Source of the DNA: Saccostrea cucullata
Taxonomy: Eukaryota
Assembly (NCBI RefSeq): GCF_032062105.1
Contig: NW_026926468.1
Span: 1 to 64,000, forward strand
DNA: 64,000 nt
Reading direction: 5' to 3'
The notes under the pieces were generated by a model. That model did no database searches. It was not told where the DNA came from and saw only the letters and a program-made list of their open reading frames with translations. The translations under genes were made by a program, and so were the position numbers. Of the stretch, positions 1 through 12,633 are shown piece by piece. Position 1 is the first letter of the stretch; every line of letters begins with the position of its first letter.

Positions 1-1408
1 CATTGAGTCAAAATCTTACATGACAAATCAAAATACTCACAGAGAAGAAAATGGAATGTTCTTTGTCCTCTATCTTTCATGATTCCTCTAGCTGAAGTGA
101 ATATGATTTTTAAAACCTGTCAGAAAAAATAAATGTTACATTTATTTTTGAAAAAATTGCTTAAAACAGAACCAATCGAATGGCTCTCATTTTTTCCTTC
201 TTATCTTGCAATGGATTTTTAATTTTAACTAGGGCCTAATGAACTTCCTGTAATAATTAAAAGCTGTAATTAATAGTACCAACTGACACAACACCAGCAT
301 TTTTTTAAAACGCAGATCTGTGAGGATATTCTTCCGGAATTAGATTTCTATCTTGAAGTGCAGTTCAATTTTTTTTTCTTCAAGAGGTATAATTTGCACT
401 AGTTCTGATTTTTAAATATACGAGAATCAAAGTTAATTTTTTTTTATTTTAGATCTTTTTTATTAATTATATATATATATATATATATATAAATCGGCAT
501 ATAAAATTAAATGGGCAAAGAGCCATAGCTCCCTTACAGACAACAGGTCGACTAAAGGATTTAATTAGAAATTCCTTGTTTCTATTTATAGATAAACTTG
601 TACCTTTTCATTTTGTAATATCATTTCTGGGTGAGTGAAATATATGTTCATAGGGGCAAGTATTTCAAATGACAATCATATTACTTCTTATTACTCTAAT
701 TTTGACATAAAAGATTAAGAAAATCAATGAATATAAAACAGTTAGCTATAAATTTCCAAATTTTTGAATAAAATAGTGTATTGAGACTCTTCTTTCCGAG
801 GTACTTTCAAAGAGTAATGTGTTTATTATAACTCTGAGAAGTTATGTATATTATAAAAACATAATAAGGAAAGCATACAAAAGATACACAAAGAAAAAAA
901 ATATAAAAAGAATGGGAAAATATGGGACTCGAACTCGCAATAACAATATTCTCATTCCAGTAGTCAAACTACTGCGCCAACGAAGTCAATGGTGTTAGTC
1001 TCTAGTCTCTGTATGTTAAAATTTAAGAGACAATACTTGCGGCTTGCTATTCTTATTTTCAAATTTTGTGTTGTCGATTCAGGTAAAATAAATAATATAA
1101 CAAATGTTGCTCTTTTATTCGATCAATCCATAGATATATAAGTTTACTTTACAGACAAAAAGCCAGAGGACATCAAGGGCACCACAAAGCAGATTGTCTC
1201 CTGGCAAAAATAATATATCTATAAATCAAAACAGCATTTGACTAATTACATTTATTAATACATTATTCAAAATGCAAATTACATCACTTCCTTTGGCACG
1301 GAATTGCGTTATTATATAACCTCCAACTCCATTGCAAGGTATAATTTCTTAAAACTTACATCGTATTAAACAAATGATAAAAGAAAATTGAATACCCTCC
1401 ATTTATTT

Positions 1409-1575
1409 NNNNNNNNNNNNNNNNNNNNNNNNNNNNNNNNNNNNNNNNNNNNNNNNNNNNNNNNNNNNNNNNNNNNNNNNNNNNNNNNNNNNNNNNNNNN
1501 NNNNNNNNNNNNNNNNNNNNNNNNNNNNNNNNNNNNNNNNNNNNNNNNNNNNNNNNNNNNNNNNNNNNNNNNNNN
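1409..1575. other. Assembly gap (N run)
   Basis: Run of n; ORFs spanning it are artefacts. Confidence 0.99.
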
Positions 1576-1598
1576 ACGAACAATAAAAATTGTCAAAT

Positions 1599-1602
<4 letters not shown>

Positions 1603-1687
<85 letters not shown>
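1603..1687. repeat. (TA)n microsatellite
   Basis: About 42 perfect TA units next to the gap. Confidence 0.98.
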
Positions 1688-1690
<3 letters not shown>

Positions 1691-1716
1691 CCAAAAACGT
1701 TCTACTTTCCCATTTT

Positions 1717-1920
1717 TCCGTTCGCTCACCGTTCGTTCACCGTTCGTTCACCGTTCGTTCAGCGTGCGTTCAACGTTCGCTCTCCGTTCACAGTATTGCG
1801 TTCACCGTTCACCGTGCGCTCGCGTTCACCGTTCACAAAACGTTCACCGTTCACTCTTCGTTCCATTTACTTTGCGTTCACCTTGCGTTCACCTTGCGTT
1901 CACCGTTCACTTATCGTTCA
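1717..1920 (+). repeat. Degenerate (CGTTCAC)n heptamer array, probably the subterminal region of a DNA transposon
   Basis: Many CGTTCAC/CCGTTCA units; these generate the low-complexity RSPFT ORFs. Confidence 0.85.
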
Positions 1921-4029
1921 GTCTTTATTGTCATTCGGAACTCTGAAGTGAAAGGACTTATCTTTTTGATGGTACGGATTTACACGTTTTTTAATTAAAT
2001 AACTTAGATATCGTGTTTGAAGAATAATTATTTCATTGCAAAAATCATCTATGGTATTTATATCTTTATTGTCATAACTCAGCTGTTACTTTATTCATGA
2101 AATTTCCCTGGAAAATAAAACATTAAGTACCTACTGTACATGTATGTAGAACGATGCTAAAATATTAAATTTTAAAAAAGGCAATGTACAAATGCTTTAC
2201 GCACGGCAAGAATTTGTTGTAATGTTAAAGACGACAAAACACCAATGGATGTATAATAATTAATGCTTTTACAAGACATGTACAACTTTTTTCAGTTATT
2301 TCCCTTAGTAAAATTTCATCCCGATAGGGGTCGCAGAGAGCAGCCGCCATTGCATCCGTGACGCTGCATTTATAAACAAACTCCGTAGCAACAACACACC
2401 GGTGAAACTTACGCAGAATTACGTAACGGTACTGTTCAAATAAATATTCAAGTAAATATTAGCGCACAGACAACTTTTAATATATGAAAATCTTGTAAAT
2501 TCGTTCGTTTACCTTAAATATGAACCAATATCAATGTGAAAATTGTAAAGATCGAATTATTTCCTCGCCAAAAGAGACAAAAAATTATTCCTACAGTAAC
2601 ACGTGTTTCAAACTACACGTAGGTCTTAGAATTAAGAACAGTACTGCAAATATTCAGTTAATTAAATATTTTTTAGAGCTAATTAAATTGATAGTGTGGT
2701 TTTAAATTTTAGAAAACACCAACTTTTTAAAATAATCTTTTATTAGAGATAGAAAATTCCTTCCATCACCGTACCAAATTATATGTTTGCCATTCAGTAT
2801 AATTAAGCCCCCCCCCCACTCCCGGTGCCTTTTCTCCCCGAAATAAAATTCTTAGTACTTTCAGTACATTTTACTTAATATCAAATGTGTATTGTAACTC
2901 AAGAAAATCAGTCTTAAACCCAACATCAAACAGTCATTAAACAATATTATTTTAGAATAAATTTGTGCCAACAGTAGTATTTTCAAAACGAAATATGGCT
3001 TACATGTAATACCGATTTAAGATTTCAAAGAATTATCAATATTATTCATTGACTTTTTCTGGAACTAAATACATGTAAGACTTATTTTAATATTTTAGAT
3101 TATAAATAATTATTTAGGTAATTCTCAGACTTAAGAAAACGGATTTGTTTGTTCTACCAGAAGGTGTACATGTAGGTGGACCGTAAAATTTGATTGAATT
3201 GGATTTCATAATATGCAGAAAGTGGAATACGATTGAAAAAAAAACGCAGCATGAAATGTCTTAAATTACAAGATATATCCATGTTTCCATTGATTCAATG
3301 CTTGCGAATCTCTAAAAATGATTTTACCAATTATTTATCAATTTTTCATTTGCAGAAATTTAAAAAATTAAGCTCCAGAGCTAAATACTGATAAACAAAT
3401 TCCCGAAAATTATGTCGTGTGCATGTACATTCGCCGACGAAATATTTATGTAAGCTTTTAGAAATGTTTATTTGTAAAAAAAAAAAATTTATTTTTGGTG
3501 TATTTCAAATTTTCAAAGTATCTTGACCACAAGAACCAGTAAACAAGAATTAACATTAGAGAAAAAAAACGTTAAACATCTAAACTGTATGGTTTATCAC
3601 AATAGGGCACACTATTTGACGAGAACATAATACTGTACGACTTACTATATTGTTTGTTTACAAGCGATAATTAGTTTGTTCATGTATGTACCGCGTACAA
3701 TGTAATTAATACATTCAATAAGTAGTAGTTTTATCTTCTGAAGTCCACATTATTTTATTAGTTAAAAGAATAAGCATATTTACTATATAAATAGATTAAT
3801 TTTATATTCAAACTACACGCGTTCGGTAACAAATACACATGTTTTACGGCAATTAAAATCGTGTTATAAAATAAAACATAGGAACAAAACTTTTTATTAT
3901 TCATTTATTTAATTATTTTTTTATTTATCTATTGTTAAATTTTATATTAAAGCACCTGAAATTAGAATTATAGAATAATAGAATAATTTCAATGCACGGA
4001 AAAGATAGGAGGCATTCCGAATAAATCGT

Positions 4030-4767
4030 TCATCTTGCGTTCACCGTAACCTCTTCTGTTAGATATGGAAAGGAACAAAACAGATCTTCATTGACGTCAC
4101 AAAATACGTGATTTTGAAAAAACAAATCAAGGCGATGAATTTTGGAGCGCCATAGTCCTAAAAATGATGTATTTGTTATGCTAAAATCATTTACGATATA
4201 AAACTGTAATTCATATAAGTTGATTAATTTTTCAAACGGTGCTGTAAATGAAAATTCGTTGAAAATGTCGATATGAAGACTCGATAATGACTGAATTGCA
4301 GAAAGGGCAACATCCGGGTAACCATCTGACTGAAAATTATTCTGATCAATTCGAAGGTACTTCAGGTTGTGTATATAAGAGAAAGCTTCAACTTCTATTC
4401 CGTTTTTATCAAGCTCACAATTTGAAAGATCTAAACTGCATAAACCAGAAAGTCTATGGAAGGTCTTGTTTTCGATTTTTATAATTTTGTTATATTTCAG
4501 AATTATGGATGACACAATTGATAAAGCAGCAATATTTTCAAAAGTCTTTTCTGATAACATAGAAAATCTATTAAACGACAAATCCAAAGTCACATTGCGT
4601 TTTTGTAACTTTTGTGGTATTTTATCAGGCAATCTGTCTGTGTTAAGTCCGCTACAGTTCCATAGAATTCCAAGGTTTCCACATTCGTCTGTGTATGGCA
4701 CCGTTGGACAAGGGTATGAAAAGATAGCCAGGCTACTAACTGTAAATAAAATAAGTTCAGATATCAT
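4030..4767 (-). CDS. Truncated TLR: signal peptide, LRR N-cap and about 6 LRRs, no TM or TIR
   Basis: 245-aa uninterrupted ORF. Hydrophobic N-terminus MISELILFTVSSLAIFS, Cys cap (CPTVPYTDECG...WNCSG), LRR motifs (LDLSFNRF, LDLSNCEL, LRIDQNNF). Clearly paralogous to the ectodomain of the TIR-bearing copy at 12634-14369. Confidence 0.85.
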   Translation of the reverse strand: MISELILFTVSSLAIFSYPCPTVPYTDECGNLGILWNCSGLNTDRLPDKIPQKLQKRNVTLDLSFNRFSMLSEKTFENIAALSIVSSIILKYNKIIKIENKTFHRLSGLCSLDLSNCELDKNGIEVEAFSYIHNLKYLRIDQNNFQSDGYPDVALSAIQSLSSLHIDIFNEFSFTAPFEKLINLYELQFYIVNDFSITNTSFLGLWRSKIHRLDLFFQNHVFCDVNEDLFCSFPYLTEEVTVNAR

Positions 4768-5249
4768 TCTATGATATTCATTCTTTCATTCCTATGTAGA
4801 TTATAAAAATCTGCATTTGGTAAAATAATAATACTTGTCCAAAGTTTTCTTAATTTTACTAATTCTATATCGACATCTTTAAATTCCCCGTTACATTTTA
4901 ATCTCTATATCTTTAATTACCAAAGCATGATGGACACAGTGGAGTGTTTAGGTTCTGTCTTATGGAACTTTAAAGCAATTCTGCTTATCATACTACTTCT
5001 CTTTTAACACCGAAAAGCAACTTTAAAGTTAAGAAATTTTTTTTTTATTTAATAGTAATGTATGAAATTGCTTAAGATGCTAAAAGCTTCATTAGAAAAT
5101 ATATTTAAATCGAAGAATGATATCCTTGGACAGATAAGCACCTCTGATCTCATCAAGCACTGCATTATTTAATTGTGTATGTCCATATACTAATTGAATT
5201 AGCGATGGATTTATACGTTATTTTTCTATCATGACTAGAAGCTGGAGCT

Positions 5250-6295
5250 CAAGGTGATCTAACCGGTGGGCAGAGGATGCTTGATTACTCCTCCATGGCA
5301 CCTGATCCCACTGTTACAACGCACTTTGAAAAAATACGCACTTTGAAATTTTTTTCAAAGTGCGTTAAACTTGGGACCAAATCAACGCACTTTGAAAAAA
5401 ATTATTTTCAAAGTGAGTTAATATCGATCATATAAACGCACTTTGAAAAAATTTTGTGGCTTGGTCAATATTCTTGCAAATCGTAGGTATGATAAATAAT
5501 TAAACCTATTTGATAACTCATTGTCGATGAGGTCACTTCAGGACCTGAAAGTGAGCGATTTTGATTTTTCCATATTCTGAAAATTCTATCTATCTTAAAT
5601 GTTTTACTGTACTTAATTTTTCCAGTTTGCATGCATTTAATATGTAAATTAAAATTTATTGAAAGTTTTCAACGTCATACCAGTTATGCATATACATTCA
5701 TATATTTGGGTGTAGCATAGGCATCGGTACCGGGAGTGGGGTCTTAGGCACACAAATGTTTTGCAAAGATATATGGGCATTGAAAACAGGGGCTTACCTT
5801 TGAGGGGGTGTCAACTTTCAATTTGCTACAGACAGCTATATACATGTATGTACAATGTATAAGAAAAAAAGTTGGGCTGAGAGACCTACTCGTCTTCTCC
5901 TTGATCCCAGTGAGGTTAAATAAGTACATGTAAATTAAAACGATTTCAAAAGATATGATTAATACAAATTGCTTCTCTCAGTTACTTAAATCTTAGTCTA
6001 GAGGTCTTTTTTGTTTCATGCATATTTTTTTCAAAGTAAAAAATGTTTATGTACGCTCTTAACGCACTTTGAAATATTTTTTTCAAAGTGCGTTGAGTGT
6101 GTCCCAAATTTAATGCACTTTGAAATGTTTTTTAAAGGGGCGTTGATTTGGTTTCTATTTTAGAGCACTTTGAAAAAAAAAGTGCGTTGCCACATCCCAC
6201 CTCTGATGTTTTGGAGGCCCGTATTTGCTCTGCTCCCAATTATATTGTTTAATGAACTTTTGACCTTGAATACTGTTTGTTATCTACATATATTT
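5250..6295 (+). mobile_element. Penelope-like element 3' tail copy, split by a TIR element
   Basis: ACTCCTCCATGGCACCTGATCCCAC|CTCTGATGTTTTGGAGGCCCGT matches the tail that follows the PLE RT end at 49150-49280. Confidence 0.75.
5312..6194. mobile_element. Non-autonomous TIR DNA transposon (TGT...ACA ends, 6-bp TSD TCCCAC)
   Basis: Left TGTTACAACGCACTTT and right AAAGTGCGTTGCCACA. TCCCAC at 5306-5311 and 6195-6200. Palindromic subterminal ACGCACTTTGAAA...TTTCAAAGTGCGT repeats at both ends. Confidence 0.9.
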
Positions 6296-6526
6296 CATTT
6301 CATAAACATTCTTCAGTGACAGTCAATTTAAGATAAATTAAGATTTTATTAGATTGCCCCAGAACGTATCGACAATGTTTCTTCTCTGCTATTAAATGTT
6401 AAAACTACTGCAATATGTTTTATTTATACTTCAGACAAAAGAGTTCTTGTACAAAAAAGCGACACTGTAATGCGTAACTTTTTTCAAAATCGTCGAATTC
6501 ACTTTAGAAAAATTATAATTATGTGA

Positions 6527-6578
6527 GTGCACACGGTATTTTCGTAGAGTAGTTATAATTAAGGTCATTGGCAAGGCA
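6527..6578 (-). pseudogene. Tiny TLR TM/juxtamembrane remnant
   Basis: Translates ALPMTLIITTLRKYRVH, compared with ALSVLIIVAALRKYRIH at about 62470-62520 and LIVAALRKYRIH at about 13830. Confidence 0.55.
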
Positions 6579-8399
6579 GGGTTTCCGGAGAAAAAAGGTT
6601 TAATACATAGGTTTTTCCATTTATAAAAACAGTCATTGAGAGTGATCTCCCGTTTGGAATTCTCTAGGCGGTGGAAATAAATAAAGCGTTTACAGAGGTA
6701 CACAAAAGCACATGTGTTTTTAAACGGATAGAATCAACAATAATGCACGAAAGAGAAGCAGTGATAGCTTTGTTTACATTGTGTAAACTAAAAGGGCAGA
6801 CAGTCAACAGGTCGTCATTTACTATGATAGTTAATGTGTGAAGGAATTCTATTATACGCAAAGATTTTGGGTAATTACATTTGCGAATAAATAGTGATAG
6901 TTAATGTGTGAAGGGCAAAGATGGGACATTTTTTGAAAGTCGCGAAAGCTAGGCTGGTAACCGAATAAGAACAGTTCTATAGGTCATGTGAAGGAGGCCC
7001 TGTTTAGTAATTACGAATAAAAGTTATTATAAATCCATACAAATATATTTATGTCAATTTGTTTCCAATAACGTAAATTACATGATAGAAACTCTTGATC
7101 ATTGTGAATAAAATTTAGATGTTAAGGGAAGTAACTCAAATTAGCTAACAGTACTGGAATTTCTGTGTCTTGTGTCTATATTCTGCATTTTCATCACAAT
7201 ATATCCATGTCGTCGGATATAAGGTTACAACAATGTATTTTATTCAAAACGTCTATGAAATAAATGGGTTTTAGAGAAATCGTATGGTTAAAAATTATGT
7301 AGGTCCTTTTTATCAACATTAAGTAAAAGCAATTCTAGAATCAAAATATCTTAACTCTCTGGTAAATTAATAATTGTTAACATATTAGTCTGCATTCAGA
7401 CGAATTTAACATGATTAAGTACAAATGTTGACGTTTTGTTTATTGGGGTGCAGGAAAGAAAAATCCACCAAATCATACGTCGGCGATCGCGGCAAAATGT
7501 CAAACAAAATATCTTTCTGCAGTTCCAATACAATTTGCTTCAAATGGCAATAATTTTTATATGTCATAAGTGCATTTTTACGTTGAGTTTACACTGAATT
7601 ATAAAATCAAATGGCAAATGTCATAAGTGCATTTTTACACCAAATCATTGATCGCGGCAAAATTTACACTGCAGATTTTTTTGGCAATATTTGAAAGCCA
7701 TGGAGATACGAGAAATAATCGCATGTATCAACAAACCTGTAGGGTAGAACCTTCGCGAGCCCCACGTGAATGTCGCGGAGATCCCGTTTCTTCTTCATCC
7801 AATGATTATATTAATCTCCCAACTAAATTTTTGTCAGGAAAGTTGCTTTTTAATTTCAAGCCCTAATTTTGTTTTTTGTTTTTTTGTTTTGGTCGACTTT
7901 GTCAATGTAGCAGGCCTACCGGTCTTCCCTCTCTTACCATGCTGTTTTGTTTATGAAAACTATGCGCATGCGTGAATAGCATGGAATGTGGAACCTCGAA
8001 CACGTTGTGATGTATATATTTATGGGCCATAAATAATTATTAATTTTAATGAAATAATCAGAATTATTTACTTACGAAATTTGTAATTTTCTGAAAGTGT
8101 ATAAATTTATGAGTACATGAATGAAAAAAATTCAAAATCCTATAGAAAAAAATTTTAACAAGTCTGTTTTTGAAGAGATGCGCCGTATTGTCACTTTAAA
8201 AGGAAAGTCGTAAAAAAAGGTATCGAATTAGTCAACAAATAATATTTTTCACAAGCATTGTACAATAGTCTACAAAATTTGATTTCCATCTTGAAGTACA
8301 GATCCCCCCCAAGATATTGTTTACACGTCTAGCCAAGTGACTTTAATGAGAATCAGGGTTTTTTTCTTATTATGTAATTATACATTTTTTTAATAGATA

Positions 8400-9260
8400 A
8401 ATCTAGTCAATGAACTAGGATTTTTTTTTTGAACACCCATCTGATGCACAAATTTTGTAACTGCTACTGAATTTTTAACATTTATTTCCTCAAAGATCAC
8501 ATGTTCCCCTATGGCCCTCCAAAATATAAAGCCACGCGTCCAATGATTATTTATATGAACCAACTATATAGATATTCGAATACTTACAATAACGTTTCCA
8601 AGCATTTTACGGTCTGTAAAGGACTGGTAGATGTACTTTGCCATTCAGTAGCTTACATGTAAAAATATCTGGTAGAATCCTAATATACACTTCCTCATTG
8701 GGTCATGCTCTAATAAATTGGTGTGATACCCGGTGACGTTTTCAATGTTGAATAAAGTTTCCGCCTGATTGTCTGTCAGAGTTTAATAAACTGCGAGGGT
8801 TTTACTTTTTATAGAGGATTGACATTGAACTAGTGTTGATGTCTCTCGTTAGTTTCATAATATTTCCTACGACAGGGACAGTTGGGTATTTCTCATTGAT
8901 AAAAACACTTATTTTTTTCTGTGTTTAAATAATTGGTATTATTAACAAGAACCTTTCCATTTCTTTTCAAGTAGCAATTACATGTACATTTCAAATAAGA
9001 AAAGAACTAATACTCCTGCAAAAAAAATCTGTTCATCTTCTCAGTGTGATTGATAAAAAAAATATCTAAAATTTAATGCAGGATCAAACGGTCATTTCTA
9101 TTATATACTTTTTATTGTGCTAACAGATTAGAAAGTAGCAAAAAGGCATCGAATAATTGGTCGAGAACAAGGATGTGTCGAAGCATTATTTGAACACTAC
9201 AATATGAATGAAACATGATAGTTACATTAAATAGCTTGATTAATTTCTATGTCGTTTGTT
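8400..9260. repeat. Inverted segmental duplication; partner is 18060-18092 plus 23619-24427
   Basis: Blocks such as TGAACTAGGATTTTTTTTTGAACACCCATC and GCTAACAGATTAGAAAGTAGCAAAAAGGCATCG match the reverse complement at about 24390 and 23700. Confidence 0.9.
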
Positions 9261-9327
9261 ATTTAGATTATAACAACATGAACAATATGTTTGTTACATT
9301 TTGAGTTGAGATTAAGCAAAAGGCAAG

Positions 9328-9410
9328 AACGAGTCATCATACCGACCATAGAACTGACGAAATGACTACTTTAAACGAGACTGGTGATATTCTTGTTTTA
9401 GCAACTTGTG
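9328..9410 (-). mobile_element. Penelope-like RT C-terminal fragment
   Basis: Reads KLLKQEYHQSRLK*SFRQFYGRYDD, paralogous to 48940-49015. Confidence 0.7.
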
Positions 9411-11239
9411 AAACCCGGTCTCAAAAAACCACAAACATATTGACAACCAAAAACTCAAATTTCTTTTTAATGTCAGGTTCAGAGTATTTGTGTGTACAAT
9501 CAGAATGTTTTTGCAAATGCGTAATGACAATGTAAGTTAATTCACAAGTTCCAATTTAACTGAAAAATCAGTTTAATAATTTATCTTAGGGAATGGTTGT
9601 ATATAAAGTTGAAAAGTCGTTATCTTTTACGCTGTTGATGTTGGTAAAATCTTGTGATTTAAAATTTTTTAATACTTATTTTTAAGTATCCAGATCTGAT
9701 TTACATGCTTTCCTAAAACTCTTAAAGTTTCTCCTTCATTACCATTAATATCTAAGTGAGGAGTAAAGAAAGAGGCTCGGTTGCATAATATTTACTGGAC
9801 CCCCGCTATGCAAAGGTTGGTTTTTAAGGTTTTTATGATGTTTAGAATCCAAAAAATATATGGTAATTCAAATTCATTTTCGTTGTTTGGAATAATAAAA
9901 ATATTCAAAATTAACACGTGATTTTGAAGAATTTTCTCTTAGAAAGAATTTTGAATGGGCCTTTCAAACAAAGACAATATTGTTACCTGCTTTGTATAAC
10001 TATTGTGAAAACAGAATCTATTGTGATGTCATTTTTTCTTGTTTCTGAAGCGGAAAATCCACATTTAAACATATTTATAACATAACTGTGTGCGTTTGAC
10101 GACGTCATTTAAGTTCAAGAAACTCTATTTCAACAACATTGGTAAATTACGCTGTGTCATTTATGTTAAAAAATTTATGTTTTACTAAGATCTTGTTTCA
10201 CGCTCTTTATATTTTCAGAAAAACAAATCAAATGTAAGAGTTAAAGATTGTACAAAAAGGAAGATTGTACAAAAATGCAATGGCAAACTGTTTCTAGGTG
10301 TAAATACATGTATAATTTAAAACGTTTTGTTTTCCCCTTTCCTTGTTACATATATGTGGCATTTAATTTATTTACTAATGGCAAGTAAAAATCAATAAGA
10401 AAGTTAAGCAATTAAAAGACTCGTAAAAAAAACTAGCCCCACTCCGAAAAAAAAAATGAGATGGAAAAAAAGCTTTCGTATACTAATGAATTTTAATGAC
10501 CTAATGGTATTTCAGCGACATAATTTCATTCCTTTGCACTTTGCAAAGGATTTATTTTTACAACAACCAGATATTTGAGAAATTCCAATAAGTAGACTCT
10601 TTTTCGTCGTCTGCATTCAAGGTATGGTAACAATTAAATTTAATCACAAATATTTTTTTCTGTTATTATAATCTAAGAGTAGAGGTTTGTGTAACTTGTA
10701 TATATTCCACAACAACTTCAACCAAACATTGTTGTCCTGTATTTCGTGAAGTTTGAGTGTCCATTTCTAGAGAGAATCACAATCTACTGATTTTTTTAAA
10801 TTATTGGCATTGTATCTTTTTAATTGCTAAAATATAAGAAACATTTGGTACAAGTTTCCTCATTTTGACATATTTTAATTTGGATTCCACTTCCACTATT
10901 CTGTTGATTTTTTTTTTTTTTTTGGTTTAAATTGATTTCAAAATTTTCTCTTAAGAGGACTTAAAGTATGGCATATCATCTACATTGGAATTGTTCAATG
11001 CCTTGACGATGTATATTCTATTTTGAGGAAACATTTACCCTAGCTATTGCGTACTATCTTAAGAAAGGTTAATCTAAACACATAACAACTGTTTATTATG
11101 TCTGCTTTAATCTGCTTGTCTCTGCCATCTAAAGATTGTGAAACAAACACAAAAGAAGTTAAACTCCTATTTCATTTGAATACTTAAGATATGGTGATAT
11201 TTGTATAATCTTTTTTGTTCTTTGGTCATTTCAAATCTC

Positions 11240-11712
11240 TAAAGGTGTCATTACAATATCGAAATAAAACTGAACTGTTCTCCGGTGCGCCGTAACGTCA
11301 TAAATCGTCGCCATTTTTCGTGTGTTGTGTTTACCACTTTCCCATTTCGAATGCCCGAGAAACTCTCAAAAATTAAGCAAATGCCGTAAAATTTTTACAA
11401 AGACTACAAAATTGATTGTGGAATTGATTTAGGATAATTTTAATCCAAATCTTATGTATTTAAAACTTTTATTTTGAATTCAAACTTGTGTATTCTTAAA
11501 TAAAACCTTGGTTTTTTGACCGTGCGCCGTAGGACAATACCTCGTGCACATTCAACCATAATAAAATCTTTATTTTTGCCTATATTTTATCAAAAAAATT
11601 ATCATGCACTTAAATATGATAAATAAATATTTACTGAAATTTGCAGCATAGTGCGCCCATTACTTTTCAAGAAAAACGCTTTGTCAACGATTTTACGGGA
11701 CAACCCTCGTAA
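11240..11712 (+). mobile_element. Dispersed repeat; second copy at about 41870-43727, interrupted
   Basis: AAACTGAACTG(T/C)TCTCCGGT(G/T)CGCCGT and ...GATTTTAC(G/A)GGACAACCCT shared by both loci. Confidence 0.75.
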
Positions 11713-11799
11713 TGATGATTTTATGAGTATTCATCATTTCACATGCTGAATACTATCATTTAGTAAAAAAAAAAAAAACTATTTCGAAAAAAAAAAAAT

Positions 11800-11871
11800 T
11801 GGCTGAATGGGGATGCGATCCCGGGCCCTCTCACATGTGAAACGAGAGACATACCACTAGACCACGGCGCT
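11800..11871 (-). pseudogene. Degenerate tRNA-like sequence (Val-CAC-like pseudogene or SINE head)
   Basis: Minus strand has A box TGGTCTAGTGG, anticodon arm CTCGT-TTCACAT-GTGAG and B-box-like GGGATCGCATCCC. The acceptor stem does not pair. Confidence 0.55.
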
Positions 11872-12103
11872 GCTTTAAGTTAGTAGAAATTATATGCAAA
11901 GATGAAGTCACATACATGTATAATTCACGTTTGATATTGTCAAAATTTTAAACAATGCATGGTGTCTAATTTATCCTTCATTAAACAGTTCTATTAGATG
12001 TAATAAGAATATAAAGTCCATCGAGAACCTGTTTTGTACGTAATAACTCCCCTCATGCCCCTGTGCTAAAAATAGGACATGTAATACAATAAATTTTATA
12101 CTA

Positions 12104-12620
12104 TAAAACAAGCGGGGCGGGACACTTTGAGAGGGGTGAGAGAGGTCCCAGGGAGTTTTGGTATAAAATAACATTGCACAAGCTCAAAATCTTCTTAAAA
12201 TATCGCCTGGAAAAGATAGTGTTTCATACAGACAGAATGTATAAATTGACGACCTTGAACTTTGACCTTTTGACCTCAAAATCAATAGGGGTCTTCCTTA
12301 GGCCACAGCGAGTTGTTATGTGAAATTTCATTGCAAAAGCTCAAAGGGTTCTCGAGATATCGCGTGGAAACGAAAGTGTTATAACAGACAGAATTTGCAA
12401 ATTTATGACCTTGACCTTTGACCTTTTGACCTCGAAATCATTAGGGGTCTTTTTTAGCCCATAGGGAGTTGCCATGCAAAATTTCATTGCGAAAGCTCAA
12501 AGGGTTCTCGAGATATCGAGTGGAAACTAAAGCGTTACAGACAGACAGAAAGACGGACGGACGGACAGACGGACGGACAGACCCAAATTAATATCCCCCA
12601 CTTTTCAAGCGGGGGACAAA
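12104..12620 (-). mobile_element. Helentron-type non-autonomous element (HINE-like) with ~170-bp tandem units and GACG/GACA microsatellite
   Basis: Tandem TGACCTTTTGACCTC...AGGGGTCTT units, (ACGG/ACAG)n at 12536-12582, and terminal hairpin TCCCCC...GGGGGA followed by an A run. Confidence 0.8.
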
Positions 12621-12633
12621 AAGAGAACACTTT

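Noticed and set aside
1717-1920. CRISPR-like or telomeric array
   Set aside because: No unique spacers, eukaryotic context, and the unit is not TTAGGG.
1356-1951. ORFs across the gap, (TA)n and CGTTCAC array
   Set aside because: Artefacts of N runs and simple repeats.
4287-4774. Plus-strand ORFs over the TLR fragment
   Set aside because: Antisense shadows of the LRR ORF.
4880-4890. NF-kB-like site GGGGAATTTA upstream of TLR copy 1
   Set aside because: Imperfect consensus, not kept in the paralog, and expected by chance.
9470-11135. Several short exon-like stretches with AG/GT ends
   Set aside because: Could not be chained into a phase-consistent, recognisable protein; one contains a stop.
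11800-11871. Functional tRNA gene
   Set aside because: The acceptor stem does not pair and the T-loop is degenerate; kept only as a pseudogene or SINE head. A similar weaker relic lies at about 920-980.
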